In this document: positions 27,806 to 38,478 of the stretch, piece by piece
Position numbering within the stretch: position 1 is the first letter of the stretch
How the letters are laid out: each line of letters opens with the position of its first letter
IMG/VR virus record: IMGVR_UViG_3300011102_000062
Strand: one strand, 5' to 3'
Source: a virus
Length of the DNA stretch: 64,000 nt
Notes under the pieces: model-generated
Databases searched by the model: none
Seen by the model: the letters and a program-made list of their open reading frames with translations, nothing else
Told to the model about the DNA's origin: nothing
Position numbers and translations under genes: made by a program

Positions 27806-28232
27806 TGCTGTTTTCCTTTGGCTGCTCTTGAGCTGCCTTGTATTCCCCTATCCTAAACCATTTACGGAATATCTCTGGTAGATATTCTAAAAACAATGGA
27901 GCCACACGCCTAGCCAAGAAAGCAAACAGAAAAGCCACTGAGCCCTCGATCTTGGTGTTGTACCATGTCCACCCTAACATCTGAGGCAGCACAGCCACAC
28001 AAGCAATAGCTAGCAGAGTGTTGGTTATTGTAGACAGATACAGCTTTTTCCTTGAGATTGGCTTGGTTGAGGGCTTTGTGTCATCGGCGTATGAGTAGCT
28101 TAACCATGCTCCTACAGTAGAAAGAAACACGACAGTTATAGACACATTGAACAGGTGCAACGACACGTTGTTGACCCATGTCCAGATCAACGCTGCCCCT
28201 CCTACTGTTACGGTTTTACTCATATCCTTCAT
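27792..28232 (-). CDS. holin candidate
   Basis: several TM segments, charged C-terminus. Confidence 0.6.
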   Translation of the reverse strand: MKDMSKTVTVGGAALIWTWVNNVSLHLFNVSITVVFLSTVGAWLSYSYADDTKPSTKPISRKKLYLSTITNTLLAIACVAVLPQMLGWTWYNTKIEGSVAFLFAFLARRVAPLFLEYLPEIFRKWFRIGEYKAAQEQPKENSNEGL

Positions 28233-28330
28233 CCTTATTCTCCACAGTAGGAGTTACAGTCTTGTTTCATTAAACATAACCTTCATATATTTTCGTTGTG
28301 TTATTGGGCAGCTCGGCGATCGGAAAAGTC

Positions 28331-28510
28331 CTAGTTGGCGAGCTTCCGGATTGCGAACCATGTTGCTGCACCGGAGTTCACATTCAGCGCGCCGCCGCTG
28401 GTTTGGGTAAAGAAGAGTTCAACATAGTCTCCGGCCACCAGACGCACCGCAGCCGAATCGACGGACATCACGGTAACGGTGCCGGAAACAGCGTTTTGAA
28501 TGGACAGCTG
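28331..28510 (-). pseudogene. relic tail-fibre C-terminal (C1q-like) fragment
   Basis: reads QLSIQNAV...RLVAGDYVELFFTQTSGG...WFAIRKLAN*. Confidence 0.55.
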
Positions 28511-28669
28511 GCCGCCTCGTAGTCGCCCTGTTCCGCCAGCCGGCGGGCCTCTTCGATGACCTGTTCCCTGTCCATGTGCACCTCCTTTTCCGTGGAGGCA
28601 GGATGCCGAGGACGCCGGAGCGGCGCTATCAGTCGATGGCGCGGAGCGGCCTAGGAAAATTCCTAAGCG

Positions 28670-30910
28670 TCATCGGTCGAAAAAGTACCCGCTCACGTCG
28701 ATGTAAGCCCGGTTTGGGCTGCCGGATGGGGCGACGTTGTACTGATAGGTGATTGCCTGAGACGCGTTCGCGGGCAGGATCACGGTGGTTTCCGATGTGG
28801 TGCTCCCCGACGGAGTTCCTGTGAGCTGTGCGATAGTTGGCTCCGAATCGTTGCCGACAGAAAGCACGGCTCCGTTCTGCGTCAGATTGATGAGCCTCGC
28901 CTGCAAGGCAACCGCGCTCACCGGAACGACTGGCGAGCAGTCGACTGAGGTCTGTACCGTAGCGAAACCGGCGCTCAGAACCCGGAACGGAGCTGAGCCA
29001 GTCGGCGCGTTATAAAGCACAATGTTGCCGGTGTGCACGAAGCCGTATATCCCAGCGGAGCCGTTCGTTCTGAAACTCCCAAGGTATCGCTGGTCAGGGA
29101 ACGAGGTTCGGCTGCGCGCTCTTCCTCTGTAAATGATCGGAGTGTCGGTACGTGCGACGACGCCGGGCGTGCCGGAGACAATGGCCGCGTAAATGTGATA
29201 CCAAGTGTTGGCGGCCAGCGTCGGCATTGAGACCGCTGTGTCCGCAGCGAGCACGATCAAAGTGCCGTTCTCGGCATAGCATTGCCCGGACGTGATCGTG
29301 ATTGACGACGAGCCGTCCCAACGCATCATCATCCCATCAATCACGAGAGATGCCTGCGCGTGCGCTTGTAGCTTACCGAGCGCCTGCAGCACGGTATCAG
29401 TCGCCGTGATGGCCGCATTGGTCGCCGTCGATAGCCCGGTGAGCACGCTTGCACGCACGTCTGCGGCGAAGGTTCGCAGCGTCTTGGCGCCGCTGATGTA
29501 CTGTGCCGTCGTTCCGGTCGAAATGGCAGGCTCCGCGCCGATGCTGGCGGGAGTGACACTGACTGCGCCCGTCGAGCCGTTGACCGACTGCACGGGGGCG
29601 GCTGCGGCGGCCTCGGAAGCGGTCGTGTACTGCGGATGCGGATCGGCCTCGGCTACGTGCGCGGCAACAGCGGCGGCAGCGGTTCCGGTCGGGTCTGCAC
29701 CCACTTGGGCGGGCGTGTAATCCCCCGACTCCGGGACGACGTTCCCCGTTCTCCCGTTGAAGCTGGTCACAGCTCCGGCAGTCGGAGACAGCAACTCTTG
29801 CCAGTTTGCGAGCGTACTTGCTGGCTCGGCGGTCAGGATGTAGGTCGTGTCGTTGTCCGTTCGGACTGCAACGTCACCCTGCTGCGCCGTGAGCGCGAGC
29901 ATGGCCGACTCATCTGAGACGACGAACGTCTCCGTGATCGCCAGCGCCGGGAGCTGTCCGCCGTCCAGCTTGCCTGAGCCGTCCAGAGTCGCCAGTCCGT
30001 TCGGCTGCCCCTTCTGCAACTCAATGCGCGCGTCGGCGCGGGCGTCCGTGTAGTAGAAGTTGGTCGCCCCCTCCGGCAGATCGTCCGTGGTCGCTGCTTC
30101 CGTACCCTCTACCCTGCCCTTGGCGTCTCGTGTAATCTTGACCAGAGACGATCCAACGCCTGTGTCGGCTAAGTCGGCAAGTGAGATAGTAGGATCACCA
30201 GAAGCTCCCGTTCCATTAGCTACATCTATTTGGCCAGCTGTGCCCGTGATGGTAATGTCGTGCATTTCGTCAACACGACCAAATTGGTCTGTATCAAAAG
30301 CCTTAAGTACACCACCAACACCGGGAGTTACGTCTGCCAATCCTAGCACAGGATTCCCAAGTGCGCCGTCAGCATTATCTATAGTGAGTTCCCCAGCATC
30401 TACTCCCAACTGACGGCTTACCCATGTGTGATCAGCCTCGTTAGAGTCGTAGACCTTCACCATGAAGCCTGTGGTAGTGAGACTGTCTAGCTGCTCCAAT
30501 CCTGCCGCAACCCTCTGCCACTCCCTCCATGTGCGCCAATACGGCTGTCCATCATTAGGAACATCAGGTATGCCGACAACGCTAGGGTCAATCTTAGTGG
30601 CGATAGTAGTACCGCTCAGCCCAGACACTTGGCCGCTACCTGTCACATCTCCTGTCAGGTTGATGGTGAAATCATTGGCCTGAAAATCCAACGTACCATT
30701 GTCAGGATTGAAGGTAACGGATAGCCCGTACTCGTAGTTGTTGGACACCATGTCCGCGACCACAAGTCTGACATGCTCATCAGTAGCATTTTCTCCCGAA
30801 GCATCAGATGAAGAAAGGCTGTCAATGGCGGCCCTGATTTCCTTCAGGATTTTGTTTAGGTGCTGTCTTTCAACATCCCTGTTGACAGCATTCTTTACAT
30901 TCCACTCCAT
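28670..30910 (-). CDS. tail fibre / receptor-binding protein
   Basis: 746 aa; VTSFNGRTG, VQSVNGSTGAV, DPHPQY fibre motifs. Confidence 0.85.
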   Translation of the reverse strand: MEWNVKNAVNRDVERQHLNKILKEIRAAIDSLSSSDASGENATDEHVRLVVADMVSNNYEYGLSVTFNPDNGTLDFQANDFTINLTGDVTGSGQVSGLSGTTIATKIDPSVVGIPDVPNDGQPYWRTWREWQRVAAGLEQLDSLTTTGFMVKVYDSNEADHTWVSRQLGVDAGELTIDNADGALGNPVLGLADVTPGVGGVLKAFDTDQFGRVDEMHDITITGTAGQIDVANGTGASGDPTISLADLADTGVGSSLVKITRDAKGRVEGTEAATTDDLPEGATNFYYTDARADARIELQKGQPNGLATLDGSGKLDGGQLPALAITETFVVSDESAMLALTAQQGDVAVRTDNDTTYILTAEPASTLANWQELLSPTAGAVTSFNGRTGNVVPESGDYTPAQVGADPTGTAAAAVAAHVAEADPHPQYTTASEAAAAAPVQSVNGSTGAVSVTPASIGAEPAISTGTTAQYISGAKTLRTFAADVRASVLTGLSTATNAAITATDTVLQALGKLQAHAQASLVIDGMMMRWDGSSSITITSGQCYAENGTLIVLAADTAVSMPTLAANTWYHIYAAIVSGTPGVVARTDTPIIYRGRARSRTSFPDQRYLGSFRTNGSAGIYGFVHTGNIVLYNAPTGSAPFRVLSAGFATVQTSVDCSPVVPVSAVALQARLINLTQNGAVLSVGNDSEPTIAQLTGTPSGSTTSETTVILPANASQAITYQYNVAPSGSPNRAYIDVSGYFFDR

Positions 30911-30913
30911 GTA

Positions 30914-31273
30914 TTACCTTCTAATAGGGATGACAGGTAGTTGTCTCTGTACTACCATTTCCTGTGGTGCTGGTGGGATGATGGGAGGACTTTGCGGCTG
31001 AGTCCTCCTTCTCTGCAATAGAGCCCTTACGTTAACAGCCGACTGGCTTGGCTGTAGCCAAGGATATCGTGCGTCTAGCACAGGAGTTACAGGACGCTGG
31101 GTGCCTACCGTCGTTGTTCCATCAGGCACGGCGGGCGCGGGGCCTGAAGGCCGTGCTGGCATATTATAGGCCCCACCGGGATTGCCGTTGTTTGGGATAA
31201 CTGGCAAAGCAGCCTGAGCATTTGCCTGCATGTTGATGATACCATTCAGGATATCTTGCGTACTAACTGCCAT
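30914..31273 (-). CDS. hypothetical Pro/Gln-rich virion protein
   Basis: TAATG-coupled ORF. Confidence 0.6.
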   Translation of the reverse strand: MAVSTQDILNGIINMQANAQAALPVIPNNGNPGGAYNMPARPSGPAPAVPDGTTTVGTQRPVTPVLDARYPWLQPSQSAVNVRALLQRRRTQPQSPPIIPPAPQEMVVQRQLPVIPIRR

Positions 31274-34200
31274 TATTGCTTGTACTCCTTCGGCATACCT
31301 TTCTTGTCTAACACTACACCAATCTTATTCAATTCTGGTTCCAGTTCTAGCAACATCTGGACAGCAGCCTTGCCCTTTTCTCTTCTAGCATTCTTCTCTC
31401 TACTATCACTAAAGCTAGAAGAACTATCAATATAACCAATAAGAGACTTCAGCTTGATTATAGGTGTTCCTTCGCCTGCTACTAGTCTGTCAACATACTT
31501 GTCCTGCTCGTTAGAGTAGCCGGCTTCTTCCAGAGTAGGACCGATCTGATCCTCTGGATATCCCCAGTCTCTCAAGGACTTGACATTCTTGTAGTCCTCC
31601 TGCTGTCTCTTCAGCTCATCGTAGCGGAACCTCATAGCCGCATCCATTACCTTTTCCTTGGTAAGGTCTACGCTATTCACCAAGTCTCGATTGAATCTTC
31701 CTGCTATTTCTCCGGCTTGTTCTTTAGATTTAGAAGAGTAGTCCTTGATAACACGAACAGGGTCTAGCTTTTCAAATCTAGCTCCTGTCAAGTTCAGGAA
31801 GTCCGCGATTTGTTTTGGCTGCACATTAGCGCCAGTAAACTTGTTAATAGCACTGGCCACTTTAGTAGGACCAAGACCTCCCTTGACCATACCTTCAGCG
31901 GAGAACTGAGTTCTCTGGGCTCTCAAGGCACCGGGCAAGAAGCTGTCAAACACGTTCATGACTCTGTTTACTGCATTCGCGCCAGCACCGTATTTCTCTC
32001 CAATCTCTGCGATCTGTGGAAATATACGGGTTATATCTGACTCAGGAGCTGTAGAGTCTGTGACAGACTTATACAAGTCAAGAACCCAACGTGGCGCTAC
32101 ATACATATCCGTGTAAGCATAGCTAGCCAAATTCTTTGCGAACGTTTCTGGGCTGTCAGCATACACCGCTGCTCTCAGGATATCAGTGAACGGTCCGTTA
32201 GGGTCCATACGCTGGGAGATAGGCAAGTAGTAAGGGAATCCGTTTTCGTCGTATCCCATTACAATAACGTCCTGATCCCTGTTGAACTCAGACAGTAGCC
32301 TTCTCTTGGATTCCTTTTCCTCATCATCTTCCGACAAGGCCATCGCATACTGGGCACCCAGTCCTAGCGCAGTCAACAGAGGAGCGAATCTTATTGCTCC
32401 TACCAAAGGCATGCCTACGGTGGCAATACTGTGCCCAAGAAGTCTCCTGTAAGCAGCCGCATACATAATGTTGGCGGCTTCTGTCTTTCCTTGGGCTTTC
32501 AGTTCATCTCCTCGTCCTATGTCCTTCCACGCCTGAGCATATCCGGAATACCTAGTACGGAATACTTCGTAGAAGTACGGCGCGAATTGAGAAGCACCAT
32601 ATCTTTCTACGGCCTTGATAGCGTCAGGAACGCGCTCCGGACTTAAGTTAGTATAGCTTGTGTCGTCTCCTGCTTCTCTGGCAATTTCTTCGTTAGACTT
32701 CTTAACGCCTGCCGCCTCGTACATTCTAGTTAGCGTATCCTTGCGGTCATGGTAGTTGGCAATCTTCGCCCAGTTGTCTAGAATGGCGTAGGTAGCAACT
32801 ACGGAGTTTCTGACTGTCCTGCTTCCTACGGTTGTTCCTATAGCTGCTCCTACAGCAGCACCAGCAGGCCCAGCAGCTATAGCTCCTAGCCCAGCACCTG
32901 TAGAGACCGCTGACACAAATATAGCAGCTCTAATCTTGCTATCCGCCTCTCTAGGATCAAGAGTACCGTCTAGGTACTGCTGCATCTTACCGCCTAGGAT
33001 GTTCTGGATTTCTCCAACGTCAGCAGCTTCGATGTTCAAGTAACGAATAGCTTCTTCCAGTAAATCGGTAGAAGTGCTCCGGGCTGTACCTCTCACGTAG
33101 TCTAACGCTGTAGACAATCCTTTCTGTGCGGCCTTGAAGTTGAAGTTACCAGCACCAATTAGGGTAAGAGGTGAGCCTATAGCATTACCAACCCAGTTGA
33201 ATGGATTACCGATAACGGTGCTCATCTTTGCGTATCTATTCGCGGTACCAAGGGTCGCAGGAATTCCTTCCTTCGCAACTTTACCTAGGAACGGTAATAG
33301 ACCCTTGTCCCAAGACTCTCTCCATGTGTAGAATGTGCTTAGAGCTTCGTTCAAATTACTAAACACTTTAGGATGTACAAAGTAGCCGTCCAGCTGACCC
33401 CAAGGAGTCCCTTCTACAGGAACCCATTTGTCTCTTCCTTTGAATTGTCCTCTTCTACTAAACTCTTCTGGGGACATAACAAGAGTTCCATCATGCTCTC
33501 TTAGAAGTTCCGCCATTACCTGAGTACGCGCCTTCAACGCAGCTTGAGCCGATAGGGTAGACAGGATGATACCCGGAGAAGCTTCTATTTCCCCTAGCAT
33601 CTTGCGTAGGGCAACAGGAATGTGTTCTCTCTTCTTCAGAGTACCGGGGTCTTTGGCTAGCCCAGCCAGTTCCTTCACATAACGACTGCCTGTTTCGGAC
33701 AATCCCATCAAGGACTTCGCTGCGTCTTCCGCCATCTGATCCAGCTGGGCCGGGGTGTAGCTATCCCTGACTTGGGCTAGTGTATTGATGAGAGCTTCTC
33801 TCTTGGCTAGCTGAGGATCAGGATCGTTCCTGTCATATTGAAGGCGGTTTAGCTTTCCTCCATGCCTTTCGTACATAGAGGCTAGTCGGTCCATAGTCAT
33901 GTCTTCCAGCACGTCATTGGAAGGAATCTCCAAATCCTTGCGCAGGAAGTCAATACCCTTACGAACAGCCTCTACGTCCTGACGCACCTTATCACTCTTG
34001 ATAGAATCAAGAGCCTTGCCAAGGTTGCTGCGGTAGTTAGCCCAACGAGTTTCAGCCCACTTACGGCCAATGCCTTGCTGGAATGCGGCGTAGGAGCGAG
34101 TCAAGTAAGTGTCTAGGTTAGCCATCAGGGTAGACACAGACTTACGTTCCTCTGTAGACAAAGGACGACCTGTTCCCATGATGTTATCCAACACTTCAAT

Positions 34201-37200
34201 AGTACCATCCGTGATTCTAGCACGAGCTTCAGATACCACACCGGCTAGGTTAGGTAGCTTGGCTTGAAGAGCTGTCATGTCATTTGTGGACAGGGCATCC
34301 AGCACCATCTGGTTTACTTCAGGCGTCAGAACTCTGCTTCCTGTATCTTCCTTGAGGGCTCTGGTAAACCTAGTCTCCAAGTCTTCGGCAGCCTTAATAT
34401 CGGCCACACGTTCCTGACGACCGTGAGCAACAATACGCTTTACTTGTTCTCTTACAGACAAGCGCGCACGAGGTACAGCCTGAGGAGCAGGCGAAGGCGT
34501 AGGCACTGTCGTTCCTGCCATATTCAAAGAAGTAGATTGTACGGGCGCGCGCTCCGGTCTTCCTACGAACGGAGTAGTATCAAGAAGTTGTTCTGCTTGC
34601 AGCCCAACGTCCTCGCCTATCGTAGACTCAAATGGCAGTGCTTCTCTTTCTTCAGGAGTCATGCGAGAACGGGCTTCTACATTTCTAGCCTCGGCTTCTC
34701 CTCTATCAGCAGCATAAATCTTGGTAGCTCTTTTTTCTGCTTCACGCAAAACGTTCCTGCTGCTTCTTAGATTAGACTTGGCTTGAAGCAACCTAGTACC
34801 TTGTCTCTGAACATTCCTATCAGAGGTCTGTGTATGGAATCCTCCCTCCACGAACATCAGCTTTTGCTGTTCTGGAGATAGCGTGTTGCCATATTTACCG
34901 ACAATATTTTTCCATCTCTGGGCAGCTTCTGGGGACAGGCCGTTAACACCAGCTCCTAATTCGAATTCCTTGACAAGCCTATCGACTCTTTGTTTGTCGA
35001 ACTGCTCCATCTCCAAGATATCTCTTGGAATAAAGTTGGCCTTGTTGGTACCCGGTACAAACCCTTCCAGCTCTTGTATAGCATGCTGCACTTCGTGCAG
35101 AATGGTGTTTCTAAGTTCCTCAGGTCTCGTGTTGTAAGTTTCAAGCACAGAAGGAGGAACAGTAATAACACCTTTCAGATAAGCACCGGAAGATTCCGTC
35201 ATCTTAGGATCGACTTTGACTTTTAGCCTATTGTACAAATCTGGGTATTGACGTTCCAGTTCTGCGTGCTGCATAAACTCGTTGAGAGGAACAGTCTCTC
35301 CGTCAACTAAAGCTTGTACCGTAGCCGGGTCTGTAGTTAACTCAGCTTGGCTATCGTCAAATTCGAAACGCTCTAATCCGTCAACTGCTGGTGTGAAAGT
35401 ACGGCCCTGTCTCTGTGCTGACTGGAAGTCTGTAGCGCCAGCGCCACCAATCATATCTAGGGGCTGCCCTGCTCCACGACCTTGCAGGTCTGTCTCCACA
35501 ATCTCCTGTCCTACTCTCTGAGCAGCACTGTCAATATCACTTAGGTCAAACTCTAGGCTTCTCCCCAGTCTTTCCCTAGCGAAATTTCTTGCAGAAGAAC
35601 GAATGTCACGCACAACCCCGCCTAGTCGTCCTAGTGATGTGCCTCTGGCTTTGACAGCCTCGGACACAAAATAAGGGACTAGCTCTAGGTTCTCTAGGTT
35701 TGCGTCCGTTCCGGCCGCTGCTGTTGCGGCAGCGACAGCTTTCTGAGCTGTCTTGTTACCTTCATTGGCAGCGCGGCGAATCTTGCCGTTAGCAGCAGCA
35801 ACACCCTCTGCTCCCATCATATGGGTGTAGATATCAGGACGGCCCTCACGGTTATTGAACTGCCCACCGTGGGTAGCTTCGTGCAAGGCGGCTATAGTAA
35901 CAGACGCAGCTGATTGAGGGTCTATCCTGTCTAGATAAACATACATTCTGCCATCAGCAATATCATACTGAGCCGCAGCATCAGTAGTCTCTCTACCAAT
36001 AGACTCAGGTCTGTCTGTAAGAATCAACTTGCCTTGACGAATCAGGTTGGTAACATCGGCTGTCTGATTCGTATTAGCTCTTGACAGAGACTTGACAGCT
36101 TGTCTTACCTTGCCCTCATACTCAGCTCTCTGTTCTGGTGTGCGCTCACGGGGCAGCCATGAAGGAACTTTAGATTCCTCTGGCTTCTTGTTGTCTACAC
36201 TGACAGTAGGACCCGCAGCCATGTTCAGACTACCTGTAGTACGTAGCCTCTCATACTGGGCACGAATATCAGCCTCGTCAGGAACGGACCCTTCCTCGGC
36301 TTCAGCTGTTGTCTGAGTACCTAACAGTTCCTCTCGGAACTGCTGCGCAATCTCCTGTGCGGTAGCATCAGGATTCTGCCTTATAAGGCTAGTAATCCTT
36401 CTACGCTGCGCGATGGAAGTCCTTCTCTTCTGGGCTCCACTGAGCTGGTTGATAACTCCTTGCACCCTCTTTGTAAGGTCGGATTCCTGTTGTTCCGGAG
36501 TAGGAGTTGTAGGCTCCATCGGAGTGCGGTCTGCAAGTTCAGCGATTTCAGCATCAGACAAGTCAGGGTTCTCAGCAATCAGCCTGTCAATAATAGCGTT
36601 ACGCTGCTTTGTAGTCTGACTCTTCTGAGCGGCGGCTTGTCTCTTGGCCTCAGCTTCCTGTCTCTTACGGACAGCCTCGCGCCTCGCCGCCACCTGATTG
36701 GCGGCACGAGCCCTCTGTTCCTGTAGTTGTTGTTCTACGAAATCTACCTGCTCTGGTTCTCTAGCCGTCTGAGCCTGTTCCTCAGGCTGGACTGGCTGAT
36801 CCTGAGCCGGAGTCTGGAAGCTACGCTGTAGCCTATCCAAAGCTGCCTGAGCGCGGTTTAGGTCCTGCTGTGCGGCTGTTGCAGCACGGAGGGTAGCCGT
36901 AGAAGTATCCCCTCCCTCAATGGCGTCCTGTAGCTCTTCTACGCGGCCCTGAGCCGTATCCACGCGACGACGGTAGGATTCCTCAAGCTCAGCCCTGCGC
37001 TGGTTTCTGGTGACTGTAGCTGCTTCCTGTCTTCTTTTTACATTATAAGCAGCATCTTCTTCCAGAGCCCTTCGCCTTGCGGCTTCCTGCTCTTCGAATG
37101 TAATAGGTACAGAGGTATCTTCAGGAGTGTCAAATAGAGATGGCTGTGTGGGCTCTGGTCTAGCAGCTGGAGCAGGTTGTACCCTTGGCTGCCTAGCCCT

Positions 37201-38475
37201 CCCCTCGGCTGCGAGGGCGGCGGATGTGGTATCAATTTCCTCCTGAGTCTTGGCCTGCTCAAACTGGGCTTGTGCCTGACCAGCAATAGCTGGCGCACCA
37301 AGACCTACAGTGACAATAGAGGCTCTAGCCTCTCGTCCTCTGTTAGCTAGGAACTCAGAGATACTGAATTGGCCTTCCTCGTCTTGAGGCATTGTGGCCT
37401 GACCAGCTCTTTGCAATCCTTCGTATGTCTGCTGCCCAGCGAAGGCGGCAGCTGCAATATCCTGCATAGAACCTGTGGCCATTTCCTCCAGAGACTCACC
37501 TGTCGCCACTCTAGCTGTTCTAGCCGCAGCAGCTATGGCAGGGTTAGTCATTCTGGCAACCAGACCTGTAGCTATGTCGTCTACTCTCTTTTTAATAAGA
37601 GGTCCAATTACTGGCAGTTTAGATAGAACCTTACCGGCAGGAACAACGGCCAGAGCTTCTGGGGCGGCCTGAGTAGAGGCCCATGTCTCCAGCTGCTCCC
37701 CCTTAAGGCCCATTTCCAATCCTTGCTCGTAAGCAGCAGCGTAAGCGTCAGCCACAGCAACAGCACCGGCGGGTCCGCCCACCAGTGACAACATTGCTGA
37801 AGGATTCTGGAATGCGTCTATCGCGCCGGCACCAATGAAACCACCGATATCGTCACGGCTTTCCATTGTCTGCCTAAGCGCTGAAGCTTCTTCATCGCTC
37901 TTAGCGGCTTCCTGTCTGTAAGTATCAGACACTCTTCTAAGAGAAGTAGTAGGAAGAATAGGAATACCAATCCTTTCTTCAAGAGCTTCTACGCTCGATG
38001 TGTCAACGCCACTTGAACTTAGACCAGCTTCGGTAAATCTAGCGGCTTGGTCGATTAGCCTAGCCGCTGTTCTTTGTAGACCCGGAACAGCAACATCAGA
38101 CACGAAGGATTCTATCTCCCCTACGGACTGACGCATCTCGTCCGCCCTTTGCTCCCAGTAAGTAGGACTGTCAGGAACAGTGTCAGCAGGAGTAGAGGTT
38201 ACATTAGAGAAGTCGGCCGTTGGGGCAGCAACGCGCTCACCTTGAAGGTTGAAGTCTCTTCCTTCATTCAAGGCGTTGTAGATTTCCAGCTGCTCGTCGG
38301 TGCTAAGGGCTCTGCCAAGCTGTTGCTCTGCGTCAGCTATAGTACGCTGAGCTTCAGCTTCAACTTGCATAGACCTGCTGTCTTTTCTGTTCAGTCTCTC
38401 TTGGTATGATTCTCTAGCTCTCCTAACCCAACTAGGAGTGTTATCAGAATCATTAAGTACGGTTAAGTCAACCAT
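31273..38475 (-). CDS. large internal (ejected) virion protein with zincin-like HExxH domains
   Basis: 2400 aa; LHEATH and LHEVQHAIQ...GEAEARNV (LPD23-like); position in tail module. Confidence 0.75.
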   Translation of the reverse strand: MVDLTVLNDSDNTPSWVRRARESYQERLNRKDSRSMQVEAEAQRTIADAEQQLGRALSTDEQLEIYNALNEGRDFNLQGERVAAPTADFSNVTSTPADTVPDSPTYWEQRADEMRQSVGEIESFVSDVAVPGLQRTAARLIDQAARFTEAGLSSSGVDTSSVEALEERIGIPILPTTSLRRVSDTYRQEAAKSDEEASALRQTMESRDDIGGFIGAGAIDAFQNPSAMLSLVGGPAGAVAVADAYAAAYEQGLEMGLKGEQLETWASTQAAPEALAVVPAGKVLSKLPVIGPLIKKRVDDIATGLVARMTNPAIAAAARTARVATGESLEEMATGSMQDIAAAAFAGQQTYEGLQRAGQATMPQDEEGQFSISEFLANRGREARASIVTVGLGAPAIAGQAQAQFEQAKTQEEIDTTSAALAAEGRARQPRVQPAPAARPEPTQPSLFDTPEDTSVPITFEEQEAARRRALEEDAAYNVKRRQEAATVTRNQRRAELEESYRRRVDTAQGRVEELQDAIEGGDTSTATLRAATAAQQDLNRAQAALDRLQRSFQTPAQDQPVQPEEQAQTAREPEQVDFVEQQLQEQRARAANQVAARREAVRKRQEAEAKRQAAAQKSQTTKQRNAIIDRLIAENPDLSDAEIAELADRTPMEPTTPTPEQQESDLTKRVQGVINQLSGAQKRRTSIAQRRRITSLIRQNPDATAQEIAQQFREELLGTQTTAEAEEGSVPDEADIRAQYERLRTTGSLNMAAGPTVSVDNKKPEESKVPSWLPRERTPEQRAEYEGKVRQAVKSLSRANTNQTADVTNLIRQGKLILTDRPESIGRETTDAAAQYDIADGRMYVYLDRIDPQSAASVTIAALHEATHGGQFNNREGRPDIYTHMMGAEGVAAANGKIRRAANEGNKTAQKAVAAATAAAGTDANLENLELVPYFVSEAVKARGTSLGRLGGVVRDIRSSARNFARERLGRSLEFDLSDIDSAAQRVGQEIVETDLQGRGAGQPLDMIGGAGATDFQSAQRQGRTFTPAVDGLERFEFDDSQAELTTDPATVQALVDGETVPLNEFMQHAELERQYPDLYNRLKVKVDPKMTESSGAYLKGVITVPPSVLETYNTRPEELRNTILHEVQHAIQELEGFVPGTNKANFIPRDILEMEQFDKQRVDRLVKEFELGAGVNGLSPEAAQRWKNIVGKYGNTLSPEQQKLMFVEGGFHTQTSDRNVQRQGTRLLQAKSNLRSSRNVLREAEKRATKIYAADRGEAEARNVEARSRMTPEEREALPFESTIGEDVGLQAEQLLDTTPFVGRPERAPVQSTSLNMAGTTVPTPSPAPQAVPRARLSVREQVKRIVAHGRQERVADIKAAEDLETRFTRALKEDTGSRVLTPEVNQMVLDALSTNDMTALQAKLPNLAGVVSEARARITDGTIEVLDNIMGTGRPLSTEERKSVSTLMANLDTYLTRSYAAFQQGIGRKWAETRWANYRSNLGKALDSIKSDKVRQDVEAVRKGIDFLRKDLEIPSNDVLEDMTMDRLASMYERHGGKLNRLQYDRNDPDPQLAKREALINTLAQVRDSYTPAQLDQMAEDAAKSLMGLSETGSRYVKELAGLAKDPGTLKKREHIPVALRKMLGEIEASPGIILSTLSAQAALKARTQVMAELLREHDGTLVMSPEEFSRRGQFKGRDKWVPVEGTPWGQLDGYFVHPKVFSNLNEALSTFYTWRESWDKGLLPFLGKVAKEGIPATLGTANRYAKMSTVIGNPFNWVGNAIGSPLTLIGAGNFNFKAAQKGLSTALDYVRGTARSTSTDLLEEAIRYLNIEAADVGEIQNILGGKMQQYLDGTLDPREADSKIRAAIFVSAVSTGAGLGAIAAGPAGAAVGAAIGTTVGSRTVRNSVVATYAILDNWAKIANYHDRKDTLTRMYEAAGVKKSNEEIAREAGDDTSYTNLSPERVPDAIKAVERYGASQFAPYFYEVFRTRYSGYAQAWKDIGRGDELKAQGKTEAANIMYAAAYRRLLGHSIATVGMPLVGAIRFAPLLTALGLGAQYAMALSEDDEEKESKRRLLSEFNRDQDVIVMGYDENGFPYYLPISQRMDPNGPFTDILRAAVYADSPETFAKNLASYAYTDMYVAPRWVLDLYKSVTDSTAPESDITRIFPQIAEIGEKYGAGANAVNRVMNVFDSFLPGALRAQRTQFSAEGMVKGGLGPTKVASAINKFTGANVQPKQIADFLNLTGARFEKLDPVRVIKDYSSKSKEQAGEIAGRFNRDLVNSVDLTKEKVMDAAMRFRYDELKRQQEDYKNVKSLRDWGYPEDQIGPTLEEAGYSNEQDKYVDRLVAGEGTPIIKLKSLIGYIDSSSSFSDSREKNARREKGKAAVQMLLELEPELNKIGVVLDKKGMPKEYKQ

Positions 38476-38478
38476 TCA

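Noticed and set aside
28300..30910. Diversity-generating retroelement or invertible tail-fibre switch
   Set aside because: No reverse transcriptase, invertase or template/variable repeat pair is seen.
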